DNA of 63,126 nt, the filler included, from Atractiella rhizophila (Eukaryota): assembly GCA_021432655.1 (NCBI GenBank). It is 3 parts of 2 records of this genome, joined end to end, with 100 filler letters (N's around TTAATTAATTAA, not from the genome) between each part and the next. Parts side by side here need not be neighbours in the genome. Positions count along the whole stretch, not along the records: positions 20,400 to 40,074 come from MU271234.1; 2 more parts are not named here. One strand, given 5' to 3'. The position numbers and the translations under genes are program-made. Below, in pieces: positions 23,424-36,393 of this stretch (position 1 is its first letter; the number at the start of each line of letters is the position of its first letter). The notes beneath the pieces were generated by a model. That model ran no database searches. It was not told where the DNA came from and saw nothing but the letters and a program-made list of their open reading frames with translations.

Positions 23424-26400
23424 AAGCGCCTCCCGCCGTCTGTCGCCACGCTCCTTCCTCAACCTTGGCATCTCCAATTCCTCCACGCCTGACCTCTCAC
23501 AACACCCTCCCTCTCCTCCACCCAGCTCGGGAAGCAGACTGATGTCCACCATCGGCAAGGTCAAGTCGAAGTCGAAGCGAGGTGCAACCATCTCCACACC
23601 TTCCCCTTCCGTCACATCTTCTCCACTCAATAACAACTCCAATGCCCAAACACACAGTCGTGGCGGGTTCGACGGATATCCTGCGCCCATCTCATCCTCC
23701 TCCAACACTACATTCCCGTACTTTCTCCCCTTCGATGCAACAAGAGCTCTTCAGAACGTCCCCAGAACCACCCACCCCTCCGACTGCAGCACAAGGCGGT
23801 CCAGACTTCCCCGTCGCCTGGGCTCCCTCCCACCAACCTCAACAGCAGCAACAGGAGACACAAGGCCCTCCCTCCGCCTTCCCACGGCGTATCTCAGGCT
23901 GGCTATCCGGCGTCCTCTCCCCTCCCACTCCCAGCCCAACACCCGGACCCGGATCCGGAGGCAGTGGGACGGAAACTCTCTCTCCCAGTCCCCTGCCGCG
24001 TACTTCCAGCGCAAGTGGATACCGTGTGATGCAGGGAAAGAACGCGAGCGCTCAGTCCCTCTCTTTCCCCCCTCCCTCTCGCGAACGTTCCGTATCTCCG
24101 TCACCGGCTCCTCCCCCGCCTCCGGCGTCCAGTCCTCCCTCGACGTTCCGCGCTCCATCCCCTAAGAAGAGCGCTGGAGGAGGGTTGGGTGGTTGGGTGG
24201 GCCTGGGTGGGGGTGGTGGATTGGATAAGGCGGTGCAGTTCTTTTTGGATTCGGACTCGAATGGAGTGGGAAGTGGTGAGGAGATTTGGGTGATGGGTGT
24301 GCGACATGATGGTGTTGTGAAGGACGAGGAGAGGGAGAAGGAAAGCAAGAAGGAACGGAAGAGGAAGGAGAAGGAGAAGGAAAGAGAGAGGGATGAACTC
24401 GAAATCGTTAGAGTCGGAGCATCTACACCCGGAGGGAGCAAGATACTCTCTGCCCTCCCGAAGAGAGCTATCGTCAAAGCGTTACCTGGGGCAGTGACTG
24501 GTGGGAACAAGTTGATGTCTTCGGCGGCGAAACTAGCGTCATCCAATAGCAAGGAGAAGAAAGGAAAGAAGGAGCAACAATCTTCTTCAGCTCCACGGTT
24601 TCGAGAAGGATGGGATCGGAACGCTTCCGTCTCCCCACCCCCCTCCTCCGCTGCATCCACCTCCTCCGGTCCGCTCTCTTCCATGCCCTTCCCTCCCCCA
24701 TCCCTTGCACAAACCGGAGGCTGGCCCCCGAGCTTCTATCACGACTTCTACTCCCGCATCGTCCTCCACTACCGCTCCGGATTCCCAGTCATCCCTTGTC
24801 AACCGAACACCAACCCTCTTCGCGACGTGCTCGGCAGTCTTTCAGCCTCCTTAGGGAGGGGAGGCGGACCGAGCGGACGCACGGCTGACGGTCTGACGAG
24901 CGATGCGGGATGGGGTTGCATGCTCAGGACTGGGCAATCCCTCCTCGCGAACGCGTTGGAGCGTGTACATCTTGGTAGGGAATGGAGGAGACCTGTGCCC
25001 GCGAAAGATAAAGAACCGTCGTCGCCGATGGTCGTTGTCGATCCTCATACTTATCAACGTCTCATCAGCTGGTTCATTGATGATCCCTCGCCCCTAGCAC
25101 CGTTCTCGGTGCACAAGTTTGCGGTGAAGGGAAAGGAGCTGGGGAAGGAGATTGGAGAGTGGTTCGGCCCTTCTACCGCCGCTGGTGCTATCAAGTCCGT
25201 CGTTTCTTTTGACTATTATCTTCTTTCTGATTTCTAATGTTGATGAGATTAGGAGCCTGACGAATGAGTTTGCGCCGGCGGGCATGGGCGTTGCGAACGC
25301 GATTGATGGAACGCTCTATCGCACGGACGTCTATGATGCTGCCCAGACCGTCGTGAAGAAGGAGAAGAGGAGGAGCAAGGACGTGATGCGGAACCCGAAT
25401 GCCAAAGTCAAATGGCAACGGCCTGTGTTGGTTCTGTTTGGATTACGATTGGGCATCAACGGGGTAAATCCGATTTATTTCGAAAGTGTCAAGGTACACG
25501 TTCCTCTGAAACTCTTAGTATGAATGGAATGCTGAGAAAGATTTGGTGCAGGCAATCTTCCGCTTCCCTCAATCGGTGGGAATCGCAGGCGGTCGACCGT
25601 CCTCATCTTATTACTTCATCGGCTATCAAGGCACTTCCCTTTTCTACATCGATCCACATCACACCCGTGCCTCCATTCCTCTCCGCATTATTCCCCAGGA
25701 ACTTCATCAACAAGCGCTGACGAAGCCTTTGACGAGCGGAAAGAAGGATGATTCGGAATGGGAGAAGCTGGAAAACAACAACGATTCCGGATCGTTCCAA
25801 TCCGTCAGCTTTAAACCATCTTCTTCCCCCACCACCAGCTCTTTTGGCGGATTCAGCGGTGGCGTCGCAAACTCCAACTCTTCGACCTCCAAGTATGGAG
25901 ACACCGAGAAGGAGGATCCGCTGGACGCTTTCTTCTCCCAGGCTTATCCGGATGTCTCGCTTAGAACTTATCATTGCGAAAAAGTTCGGAGGATGGGCAT
26001 CACTGGCCTTGATCCTAGCATGCTGGTAGGATTCTTGATCAGGGACGAGGTAGACTGGGAGGACTTTGTCGCTAGGACAAAAGAGGTCCGTTTCTCCCTT
26101 ATTTTTTGGGCTTTTGGGTTGCTGACGTCTCAAATGATAGCTTCCCAAATCCATATTTTCCATTCAGAACGAAATGCCACACTGGCTAAGGGGCAAAGGG
26201 ACGGAGAGTGATGGCAGTACTTCAGATCACGGCGTCGAGTCACTGTCAGAACCAGAAGATTGGGAGGAAGATGGGACATCTTCCTCGAAGCAGTCAGGCT
26301 CCAACTACAATTCCATCCGCAAGAGCAAGGAGAACACTCCTTTCTCAGAAGAACTTGATGCAGAGGTGACCCCGAATACGAAGCGGAAACCAGACCCGCC

Positions 26401-26851
26401 GCCGGAGATGGACCTGGGTGAGGAGACGCCGGAGCTTGACGATTCCATGGTATCTGAAAATCCAACACTCAATGCGAAGGAGCCAGATAGGGATTCATGG
26501 GTTGACACCGGTTCAACTGGTGGATCTGTACCTTCAACTGCCAGACCAAACAAAACGTTCAATCACGACGATTCCAGACCGCAATCGGACTACCAGACTC
26601 TGCTCAAGGACGACGAGAGTGTATTGATGATGGGAAGCGGAAGCATTCACAGTCTAGAAGGTTGGCAGAGAGTGGAAGAGAAGAGGAAGAGGAAAAGTTC
26701 TGGCCTTGCTCTGGGGTGGAGTGGCGATGACGATGACGATGACGAGATGGAATCATCGGAGCCCCAGGTTACTGCAGAAGGAAACAGCAACGATCAAACT
26801 CGACAACCTGATCGCAACGGAGAAGTTCAAAAACCTTCCATCAGCCGCTGA
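23424..26851 (+). CDS. ATG4: Autophagy cysteine protease (peptidase C54) with long disordered termini; start probably inside the gap
   Basis: SDAGWGCMLRTGQSLLANAL (catalytic Cys), GEWFGPS, QSVGIAGGRPSSSYYF, YIDPH (Asp/His) and LDPSMLVGF. Confidence 0.95.
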
Positions 26852-28096
26852 CCTGTCCATGACTTCCACTGCGCATACTAGCTACATTATAATAGATTCC
26901 CTCGATTTTATTTCAATGACCCCGTTTACATTCCTTGTTCGACTTGCGGACTTGTGGATGCAAATCCCGTTCAGCTGTTGTCACGCTTTTGGATTCATTC
27001 TTTTCCATCAACCATGATGCCACAATTACTGCCTCTTGTTTTACTAGTACACGTTTTTTTCGTCAGGTTTTGCGTCCTCCTTTTTACCACACTCCTCTTC
27101 TGCATCCCTCCGGTACATCTCGCTGCACGCCATTTTCTTATTCCGAGATCTGTAACAGATCGGTTACCTTGCAATTATATAACAAAGGCTCCTCTGCCTC
27201 CCCAACATCCGTTTTCCTTTCGATGTGTAGGCTTCAACATGGCACCAAAGTGCAACAGAGATTGGTTGAGATCATGCAGACACACAACTTTTGAGAACAA
27301 CGATCGCTACCTCATTGCGGTCTCTGGCTGAGTCTCCTCCCCGCCCCAGTCTTGCTTTTGAGAGGAGATTTAATTGACTGAGACAACAAAAGGAATGTCG
27401 ACTTCCTTCAAGTTGTTTCACATTAATCCAATTACATATCGCGGTGGGGCCATGTAAGACTGTCAACATATACGCAACGATTGCGGTACCCTACGTTCCT
27501 GTTTAGATTGAAACTCCAGAATTCGATGTGAATTTGCGTGTTTTGAAACAACGTCGGAAGCTCGAACGCTGAACAGGCTAATAGGTCGATGAACCCACTC
27601 CCCAATTATGGAGGCCTTCACAAATTGCGAAAGTTTTCTTCAAAGGCGTCCATGATAACATAAGAATACATAACAACGGTGGAGTCGACAGGTAAAGCGT
27701 CTTTTTTGTTACATACGGACATTCCTTTCAGCGAGAAACTTGGATGTGCAGATACAAAGCAGGGAGTTGGCAAAACCAACAAGGACGTTGAAAAATCTCC
27801 GCCCTGGAACGAACCCAAGCTCGCATCTATCGTCCAACCTGTAAGGAGGTCGTGCGAGAGAGTCAGATAGAGGCGTTACTCAAAATGAAGCAGACTGCAA
27901 AATCCACTCTCCTAAGCCCAAATCACTACTAGGAATTCACTTTCTCACCAGGAGCTGTTTCAACACTTCAAACTCCATCCATTCTCCCCGATAGACTATC
28001 TGCGTTACCACCTTGTTGGTAGTCCATTCGCGGTGATTTACTGTGGTCGGGTCCGATACAAACGACGAAAAGCGCGTCTTTGACCGGAAGGCTCCG

Positions 28097-28478
28097 ATGG
28101 CTACTCCACCTCCTTCAGGCTCTCTGATCTCTCAGCCCCTTGACCTTATCCGTCTCTCTCTTTCCGAACAAGTTTTCATCAAGTTACGAGGCGATCGTGA
28201 GCTACGAGGAGTGTTACATGTTTGCTTTCTACCTCTTTGTAAAATAGGTCTGACTGGACTTTGTAGGCATATGACGCACACATGAATATGGTGCTGTCAA
28301 ATGTCGAAGAGACAGTATATATTATTGAGGACGATCAGCTGAAAACAAACAAACGGAGAGTCGACATGCTTTTCGTCAGAGGAGACGGAGTCGTCTTGGT
28401 GGGCTGACCAATCGTCTTTAGAGCTTTTATTGATGTTCTATTGGTGGCAAATAGGTCAGCCCGCCATCTCGAACATGA
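28097..28478 (+). CDS. LSM3: U6 snRNA-associated Sm-like protein LSm3
   Basis: [43 protein letters not shown]...[18 protein letters not shown], with two introns. Confidence 0.96.
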
Positions 28479-28959
28479 AAAATGAAACAACGGAATAATA
28501 CTCGAGGTTGGAACACCTCCTTCTGCAAGACAGAAAGCGAGCAACCTGAGTAGGATCTGCGAAGTTGATACGGAAGGGCAGACCTAGTTCTCGCTTGCTG
28601 GTGGACTGAATATTAGGCGCTTGGTGTGTCCATCTTTGCATCAATAGCATGGTTATGTGAAGGGGCTGTTTTATCTACAATCTACATCACATCACGATGT
28701 CACGGGGGTTTGAAAACCCGCCCGAAAGTTTTTGTGTTCTTCAAACGCGTGACCACATCACATCCTGACTTGAGCATAGGTCTGCCTAGTAGCATCGCCG
28801 AACTCAAATGTTTTCTCTTGCCACTTTCCATCGCCTTTGCTCTTTGAGAAATGAGATTGAATATATCCAACTCCGGCTAAGGTAGTGAGATAGAAGAGAG
28901 AGCTGAAGGAATGCATCACTCCCTCTCAACAAGTGAATCCACAAAGCATCACGAATTCT

Positions 28960-29900
28960 GCATTTGCTCCTCCAGGCACTCCCCACTCTATCTACACAGT
29001 CTAGGTTCGCGGCCAGCTGGTTCTGCCAAGCCACTCCCAAGTCGAGTTTGATTCTCTGAATTATTTCTCTGCGGCTTTCTTGGGAGGTTTCCTGGAGGCA
29101 AAAACTCCTTGAGTCGACCTCGATCTCAATCCAAAGTCATTCGAAATCATCCTCTACCATCTCTCCGGTTACGATGCTCTACCGATCTCTGACATGGCCA
29201 CTCCATTCACTATTCCAAAGGAGACGGTGATGAGGAATTTGAAGAAGGATGCGGAGTTCTTGTCATTCACCCTCCTCTGCCATCGAATCGATGATACCGA
29301 GGCAGACATAATGAGCCATGACTTCCCACAAAACCAGAAGATGTTAAAACCTTTTTTGAAGGAACTGAAAGTGGACAATGAGGATAGTCCCAACTGAGTC
29401 CCGCATCGATTAAGTCTTCCAGACCCATTGGGCCGTGAATTCGATGAAGAGCACCTGATTCTGCTAGAAATACACTAAGTTGCTGGCTCGAATACGCCTA
29501 AAGTCCTAATCTTTGCTTAGGTTCATGCGTGCCTCCTTTGCTCCTAGAATCTCTCAAGGGTTTAGTTATCGTTTGGGGACTCTCATCCCTAACTGGCCCT
29601 GTCATCCTAGATTCGACGAAGAAGTGGGACATCAAGCAAAACATTGTGGGAAGAGCACGGACAAGGTCGCAATGCAGCTTTCCAGGACAACCTATTTCCC
29701 CTTTGCGCGATCTACTTAATGACGCGCAGAAGGGAGAGGTCGTCACCACCTTTGCAACTAAAGCTTGAATCTGGTCTCATGCGGAAGGCGGTTTGGGTCT
29801 GGCTGGCGTCGACGGCGTCAAGGAACACTTTTCTCGCGATTCATCATCTGTGGGTGAACCATGTCGGATTCGATGGCTGCTGAACCATTTGCAATATGCA
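28960..29900 (+). pseudogene. BTB/POZ-domain gene, pseudogenised
   Basis: One frame reads YTV*VRGQLVLPSHSQVEFDSLNYFSAAFLGGFLEAKTP*VDLDLNPKSFEIILYHLSGYDALP...MRNLKKDAEFLSF, the fungal BTB signature. Stops at 29002 (TAG), 29110 (TGA), 29395 and further downstream. Confidence 0.8.
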
Positions 29901-30036
29901 TATTTCAAGATTTTTACATTGATACTGTTTACTTTAGATAGAATGAGAATGAGCTTTGTCTACAACAGACAAAAGGCAGGTAAAAGTAAAACGGTGGACC
30001 CAAATCCCTAAAAGCCATAGAAAGCGAAACCTCGGA

Positions 30037-30708
30037 TCACCAAATCAAGCGTCGATGCGATTCTGATACAGCCCGATGTTCCCTCACATGTTTCTCCAGT
30101 AACCCCTGTGACCAAGCCTTTTCTTCTGCACGTAAAATGCTATCCAAATCTTCTCCCTCTTGTCGTAACGAAAATGAGAGGCAACGAAAAAGTTCCATCT
30201 CCATCTCGTCGATTTCCCCAACTGAAAAGATCCCTTTTGAAGCTATGCTCCACGAAGAATTGGCATAGGAATTGTCTAGGGAGTAGGCAGATGCGAGGAC
30301 GAGACTTGAGAGGAAGATTCGTTCGTGGAAGAAGGGAGGCACGTTTGCGTTTGGTGATGTCTCAAAGCTTCGGGAGAGGCGCTTGACAAGGTGGATGGCA
30401 TGGAAGACTGTAGGATTGGGAACATCTGTTCGGTATAAGACATACGCCTGCAAGATATTAGTTGGTTGCAGTTGTCAAAATGATTGGGAAACTCACAATC
30501 CAAGTTTTCAGGCAATGTTTTTTGATAGGTTCTGAGGAACGAGTGACCGCACCAAAGAGCTTAACGAGGGTGTCAGCAAAGAGAACCGCCAGGTCTACAT
30601 CATCATCAGCTTGAGCCGCTTTGGGTAAGGTATAGACAGGAACGCACCTCTGTGACTGCTGTACTTGGCTTCCAGAGAATAACCTTCACTTTCTTGTTGA
30701 GAGACCAT
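30037..30708 (-). CDS. Pho85-type (PCL/Pho80-family) cyclin
   Basis: Cyclin box AYVLYRT..P..VFHAIHLVKRL...RIFLSSLVLASAYSLDNSYANSSW...FSVGEIDEMEMELF. Two introns. TATA-like sequence near 30812. Confidence 0.82.
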
Positions 30709-31315
30709 TTTGAGCAGTACGATCAACTTGTTAAAGTTGTGAGGAATAAGGGTAGTTCGCTTGTGCTGTGGTTGGTAAGTGAGGTAGAATGAAGAGCTCT
30801 TGACCCATAACTTATATACCCTGACATAAGGCATCTGGTAATTTACCCATAAAAAAACAGAGCGCAATTCAAGCGCGCATCTACAACAGCGAGGAACGTC
30901 GCCCAAGCGAGCCGTGGTTAAAAACTCTATAAATTTGCAACAGCGCCATCTAAGATGCGCACACAGGGCTTCGGGTCGCTGCTCGCTTTTGCCTCGCATC
31001 AGATAAACCATGTGGAAGGGCATCCCGATCAGGCAGAAACGACGGGAGAAGAAGATTGCAACGATGACCGACGCCCGTAGCTAGCCAGGTAGAAAAGAAA
31101 CCTAGCGCTGTAATTTTGCCAGAATCGAGCCAGTAGAACGTGACACGACGATCTATGGAGCGAGGATAGCTCCCAGAGGGATGCTCCTCAGATTGTTGAG
31201 ACTCTTCGCAAGGAGGGAGGAGAAAGTGAGCACAGTAAGATAATGTCCAGGTTGTTCACAAAATACGAGTTAGGGAATGCTACTGAGGTCGCATCTAAGA
31301 AGCAGCGCACGCGTT

Positions 31316-32749
31316 TCAGAGTGCGGAATAACCAGAACGACCAGTCCGTCCCCCGGTGACAATATCGCTGTGGAAAATGTTAGCATACAATAACGCAGAC
31401 AACATCACTTACCGTAAGAGGTAGGGAAGATCACGCCTAAAGACAACATCAATTTCGGTTCAAATGCAAGAGCGATGGGTAATCACCAAAAGTCTCGATG
31501 AGGTATCAAATCCCAACCTCGAGCTCCAAAGTTCTTGTGGTTGTTATAAATTCCGATAGCAAAATAGGCAGCAAGACCGCAAAATATCCTGGTCCAAAAC
31601 GCCATCTCAGGTCTTTAGCTGATATGAAGCAATCCTAGACGCACAACAAGAAAAATGTGCCGACTCCCCATCCACCACCGCCACCACCTTTACTCCCTTC
31701 ATCGTCTTCTGACTTGTCTCCTCCGCGCCGCAACAGGTCAAGGTCGCATCCGGCTCTGGACACCCACTCGAGCTCGAGCTTTCCTTCCTCCTTCTCCCCT
31801 AATTCCAGATCTGAATACCGCATACTCTTGATCGTCGGTTCGGTCTGCTCAATCGTAGGTGAGCGAAGTGCCATGAAGGGAAAGCTGGATCACCTTTTCT
31901 GCATCCTCCGAACAGGTGAAGGATATTGACGTAGAAAGAGCACGGCCATTGTAAGAGCCTCCCGTGAGGTTAACGACAAAGTTTGCTGTGTACAAATTAT
32001 CAATAAGGGTTGTACTAATACTCGATTCTGAACTATGCATGAATCCGGTAAATGCTGACGACGTATTCTGTAAGTGATAATTCAAAAAACCCTGATGGAT
32101 ATTTAGGCGCGCGCCGGACTGTGTAAGAAGGAGGTTGTTGAGTCCTTTGAATTTAATGCGGGACAACTCCAGTTCTCTGCAAAATGGTAAAGCAAAGGGG
32201 AACCACAACGACAACTTTCTCAGCAGCTCAGCCTCCTACGAATAGCAAAGTATCCTATAGAATTGTTCACAAGTCCAGAGAAAGGAAAAGGACATGTGTT
32301 ACCTCTGCCATGTAGAAGCGAGACGTACCGTTGCTCTTCCCTTTAGCTTTCTCGACGGTTCCCTCTCCTTCTGCCCAGTCAATCACCCTCGTAATCCTTT
32401 CTCTCTCCACTTCCTTCTCCTGATCCCCATCTGGCACTTTCTCCTTCTTAAAGTTCCTTTCCTTCGAACACACCCTGCTCCCTTCCTTACACCTATCACC
32501 TTCCTCTGCATCTTTCTCCCCGTCCAGCTTCAAAGCGTCGCATAAAGAAATGTAAATAGACGTCTGCGTGCGCGTTGGCGGTGTCGTTTGGTCGAGTATG
32601 AGCGTAGTGAGTGGTGGAAGAATGGACAAGTCGTATGACTTGGAGTTGAGCGAGAATGTACATGAAAACGGCTCACCATTGGCTGTGGCTGCCAAAAGAA
32701 GGACAAGGGAGAACGGCAGAAGCGATATTCGAGGAAGCATTGTAGACAT
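31316..32749 (-). CDS. ATG27: Autophagy-related protein 27 (M6PR-like type I membrane protein)
   Basis: Signal peptide, YDLS..L, TPPT...ISLC, C.EGSRVC, LELEWVSRAGC, a transmembrane segment, YNNHKNFGARGWDLIPHRDFW-RDLPYL and a C-terminal YSAL sorting motif. Confidence 0.9.
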
Positions 32750-33643
32750 AATTTGCCTGTTGGAAAGAACAGCTCAAACCTTAAGACATTACTGATCGAA
32801 GCAAATTGAGGCAACCGTGCTTAACAGCCGTGAAGTTGAAGTTGAAGAACAAATATTTGATTGAGCTTGGGTCCTTGGTGTTAAGCGAATTACGACAGGA
32901 GAAGTCAGGAGAAAGGCTTATAGCTAGCACGCTGTTTGGTCTCAAGCGTCACGATAACCACTGGCATCTAGTAAGCTTTCTCAATCAATCGGTGATTGAA
33001 GCCATCTATTCCTACAGAGTATGCTTTTTACTCCCGTTCGGAGTTGTGTCCTGTCGCTTCGAGTACCAAGACAATAATAATCTCGCGAGTGACGCTCTCG
33101 TGACTACAAACATTCCACAGCAGATTATTGTTTGTTTCTTCGGGCCATTCTACGAGTTATATCCCCTTGTTATAGATGACCAGCTAGGTAAAAATCTTCT
33201 TGCACGCAGATTCTGGTCGTGCAATCTGAAGAAGGCGGCACTATCAAGATCTCGTCTGTCAGGCTTGATCTTGGTTGAAGGCTCTTTGTTCGTGACAGCT
33301 TGAATGGATACGTGCCCAATAAAATGTTGTGGGATACATGGCTTTGTGTATGCAGAATCAATTGACGCCGCTTCCTTTTTGTCAGGAGAAAAAAATAAGG
33401 ACCTTGCGTTCTTTCCCTATTGTCCAATTCACAAGCACGATTTTCTCGATTTGACCAACTGTCGTCCAGTAGGACCTTTCTCTATTGTCATCCTACACCT
33501 CTGTCTACTCTCCTATGGTGTTAACTTGCATCGATACTAACTGACCACCAGATCAGAGCTAGTACGCGTTACCAAATTTCAACTCGAGTCTCCACTCTCA
33601 TCTCACTCTTCCTTCACTTGATTCACAGCATACTTCAACACCA

Positions 33644-34147
33644 ATGGCTGCCTCAGAAGCTGGAGGCTCCGATTGGCACACCATGTGAGTCCTTCCCGAG
33701 CCCTTCTTCCTTTCGCCCTCTCTAACCACGCGACCATGCTTTCTCACAACGCAGCAACCTTTCAATACCTTTCGCTACCGCCCCCGCCTGCTCCACAGCC
33801 CTCCGTGTCCTTTCCATCGATCGTCCCTTGCGCTCAGAAACGCTCAAACGGGTACTTTCCATCTCTCCTTCGTCACCGAATACCTTGAACGTGTATATCC
33901 CTCCTTCTTCTTCTTCGCAACGCCCAAGTGATGACATTTGTTCCTCAGTGAATTCCGGTCCCTCACTCTCAGACAGGCCCGGGTCGCCATTGACCACTTT
34001 CTCGCTGATCTCAAATTGGTGGCGGAGACGATGACGGAGTTTGGACCTGAGGAGTTTGGGGGGACAAAGAATGGAGAGAAGGAGGAAGCGGATAAGAGCG
34101 TGGAGGTGGGGTTGAAGGGCAGCTTTGATGGGACTAATATCCGTTAG
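33644..34147 (+). CDS. PCC1: KEOPS/EKC complex subunit Pcc1
   Basis: INLSIPFAT...ALRVLSIDRPLR..LKRVL...LRQARVAIDHFLADLKLVAETMTEF, with two introns. Confidence 0.82.
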
Positions 34148-34367
34148 ACAGAGTTGGTCAGATTGACACCTTACATGTATCATTCGGAAACGAAATTTGA
34201 GAGAATGAATGTGATATAACTTGTATCAAATTTTCTACCTTTCATCCAGTGTATCAGATGCTTGAGTTATCTAACCATCCGTACAACGTCAGGAAAGACA
34301 AGTACACAATCCAAAGAGATCCAGCATGTACATAACCTTCACACAGTCTGGCGGGGATTAGCAAGCT

Positions 34368-35975
34368 TCATTCCTCAGTCTTCCAACCATCACCCCATTT
34401 CCATCCATTGGCAGCCGTAAGCACTTCCACTCCATCCTCCGTGATCAAGAGCGTTTCCTCCCACTGCGCAGAATGCTTGCCATCCCTCGTGACAGAGGTC
34501 CAGTTGTCTGGCCAATGCCTATCTCGGTAGTCCCCGAGGGTGATCATAGGTTCAATAGTGAAGGTGTGCCCTGGTTTCATCACGTATGGAGCCTTATTGG
34601 CAGCGTAATGGGGAACATCGGGGATAGCATGATAGAGTGTATTCACGCCGTGTCCAATGTACCTTTCGTTCCCGGATCAGCTTGATCAGTACCGACTCTT
34701 TTTACGTTGAAAGGAGGCTCAAAACGTACTTTCTGACGGTCCCCATGCCATGCCTGTCCGCTGTCTTCTCGATCACTTTTCCCACCTCCCTATAAGGAAC
34801 TCCGGGCTTGCAGATGGCAATAGCCTGGTCTAGACATTCGCGAGATGCCTTAATGAGACGGAGAGATTCAGGAGGTGTGTGAGCTGGATCGACGGGATAT
34901 GTCGCATTCAGATCAGCGTGGTACCTGTTTCGTGCAGTGGCGGATTAGAGTGTTTATACGTCAGGAAGGTGAGACAGGAGTATTGGGAAGACGTACCCGT
35001 TGTAGAAAAGAGAGACGTCGAGATTGATGATGTCTTCCTTCTCAAGAGGTCGACAATCAGGAATCCCTACAGAACGAGTTCGTCGGCATTCTTCACACAA
35101 TAGGAGTGAGAACGCATACCGTGACATATGACCTCGTTTACGCTAGTGCACACCGAACGAGGGAAGAATCCATAGTTCAAAGGTGAGGGATAAGCGTTGC
35201 GCTTGATAGCTTCTTCATGTACAATCTCATCGATCTCGAGTGTCGTGATTCCAGGCCTGATAGCGGCAGCAGCTATATCAAGCACTTCCCTTGTCAACTA
35301 GCCAAGCGTAAATATTTCAAGGACAGAGAAGATCAGATCGACAAGCGCACACGTCCGACAGTCTTCATCGCCTCTATGCCTGCCTCATCGAGAGCCACCG
35401 GAGGCTTCATTCGCGCCGCATACTCCAATTTCGATTCTCCCGTCGCAGCGTAATCCGGACGGGGGATGTGAGCAGGAACGTGACGCAGTGGGATGTCGGC
35501 TGGGATGTTGCGCATGTTGGAGGGAAAGGAAGCGCGCAATGAGCCCGTGTAGGTTTTCTTTGTGTAGGGATCGTGCACTGTCCTTTAGGTTGACCATGCA
35601 ATGGGCGATAACGGAGAAATTCACTAACGCTTGTGTTGGGATTTGTGTTTTGGCTTGAACGGGGGGAGTTGGCTTGCGTTCAGTGCAGGAGAAGAGACGT
35701 ACGACTGTTCAGCATATGAGCATTCTGCGTACGGGTTAAAAGGGGTTACTTACAATTATCGACAAAGCATTCTATAGGTCATGAGAATATACTTTAGCTT
35801 CAATGTGCTAGATTTTGGTGAATGACCACAGACCTTTGGAGCACCAGCGGCTGGTGTTGCCCTGCTTCAGGCATACACTGCATCGTGTGCCTTCCTCTTG
35901 GTCAGGAACGAGACCTTTGCATTTTGGCGTGTTGAATCCTGGACAAGCCACAGGCACTGCAGCTTCGGCAGACAT
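34368..35975 (-). CDS. MAP1: Methionine aminopeptidase 1 with N-terminal zinc finger
   Basis: C..C...CSVC...WCSKECF...[48 protein letters not shown] and [11 protein letters not shown]. Confidence 0.97.
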
Positions 35976-36393
35976 TTAGAAGGATGGAGAAACAGATTGG
36001 TAACTTGGGCTATTCCAACATTCCAAATCAGCGACATCAGTATGAGACTACAGTACCAATCACCCCCTGACCTTTGGCTTGACCGTGATCCGCCCAAAGA
36101 TTTCAAGTCGCTCCGCTCCGACTGAATCTTGCCGCTTCATTTACACGGAATCCGGGCTCCAACACACATCTGTACCCTGTCCTGCTGAAAGAAGGCTTCA
36201 AAATGATGAGACGCAGCTTGGAAGTTATGCTGGGATATGAATAGCTAAAACACAGAACCAACGAGGTACATAAAGTAAAAGGCATGCGATATACACGGCA
36301 AACTCATCCATCCGAATCCATCGAGAACACGCAAGTTAGAAATAAGCCCAATCCTTCACACTGTCCGTTGCTCTCCAACACATCTATCTTCTC

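Noticed and set aside
22578..23708. Long ORFs containing X runs in the ORF track, and many antisense ORFs over real genes
   Set aside because: Artefacts of N gaps and of codon-biased shadow frames.
32190..32240. CTGAGA in the ATG27 intron suggesting a TPP riboswitch
   Set aside because: The other TPP aptamer elements are absent and the host is not a thiamine gene.
23424..32749. ATG4 and ATG27 as an autophagy gene cluster
   Set aside because: They are separated by unrelated genes, no shared motif was seen, and chance is sufficient.
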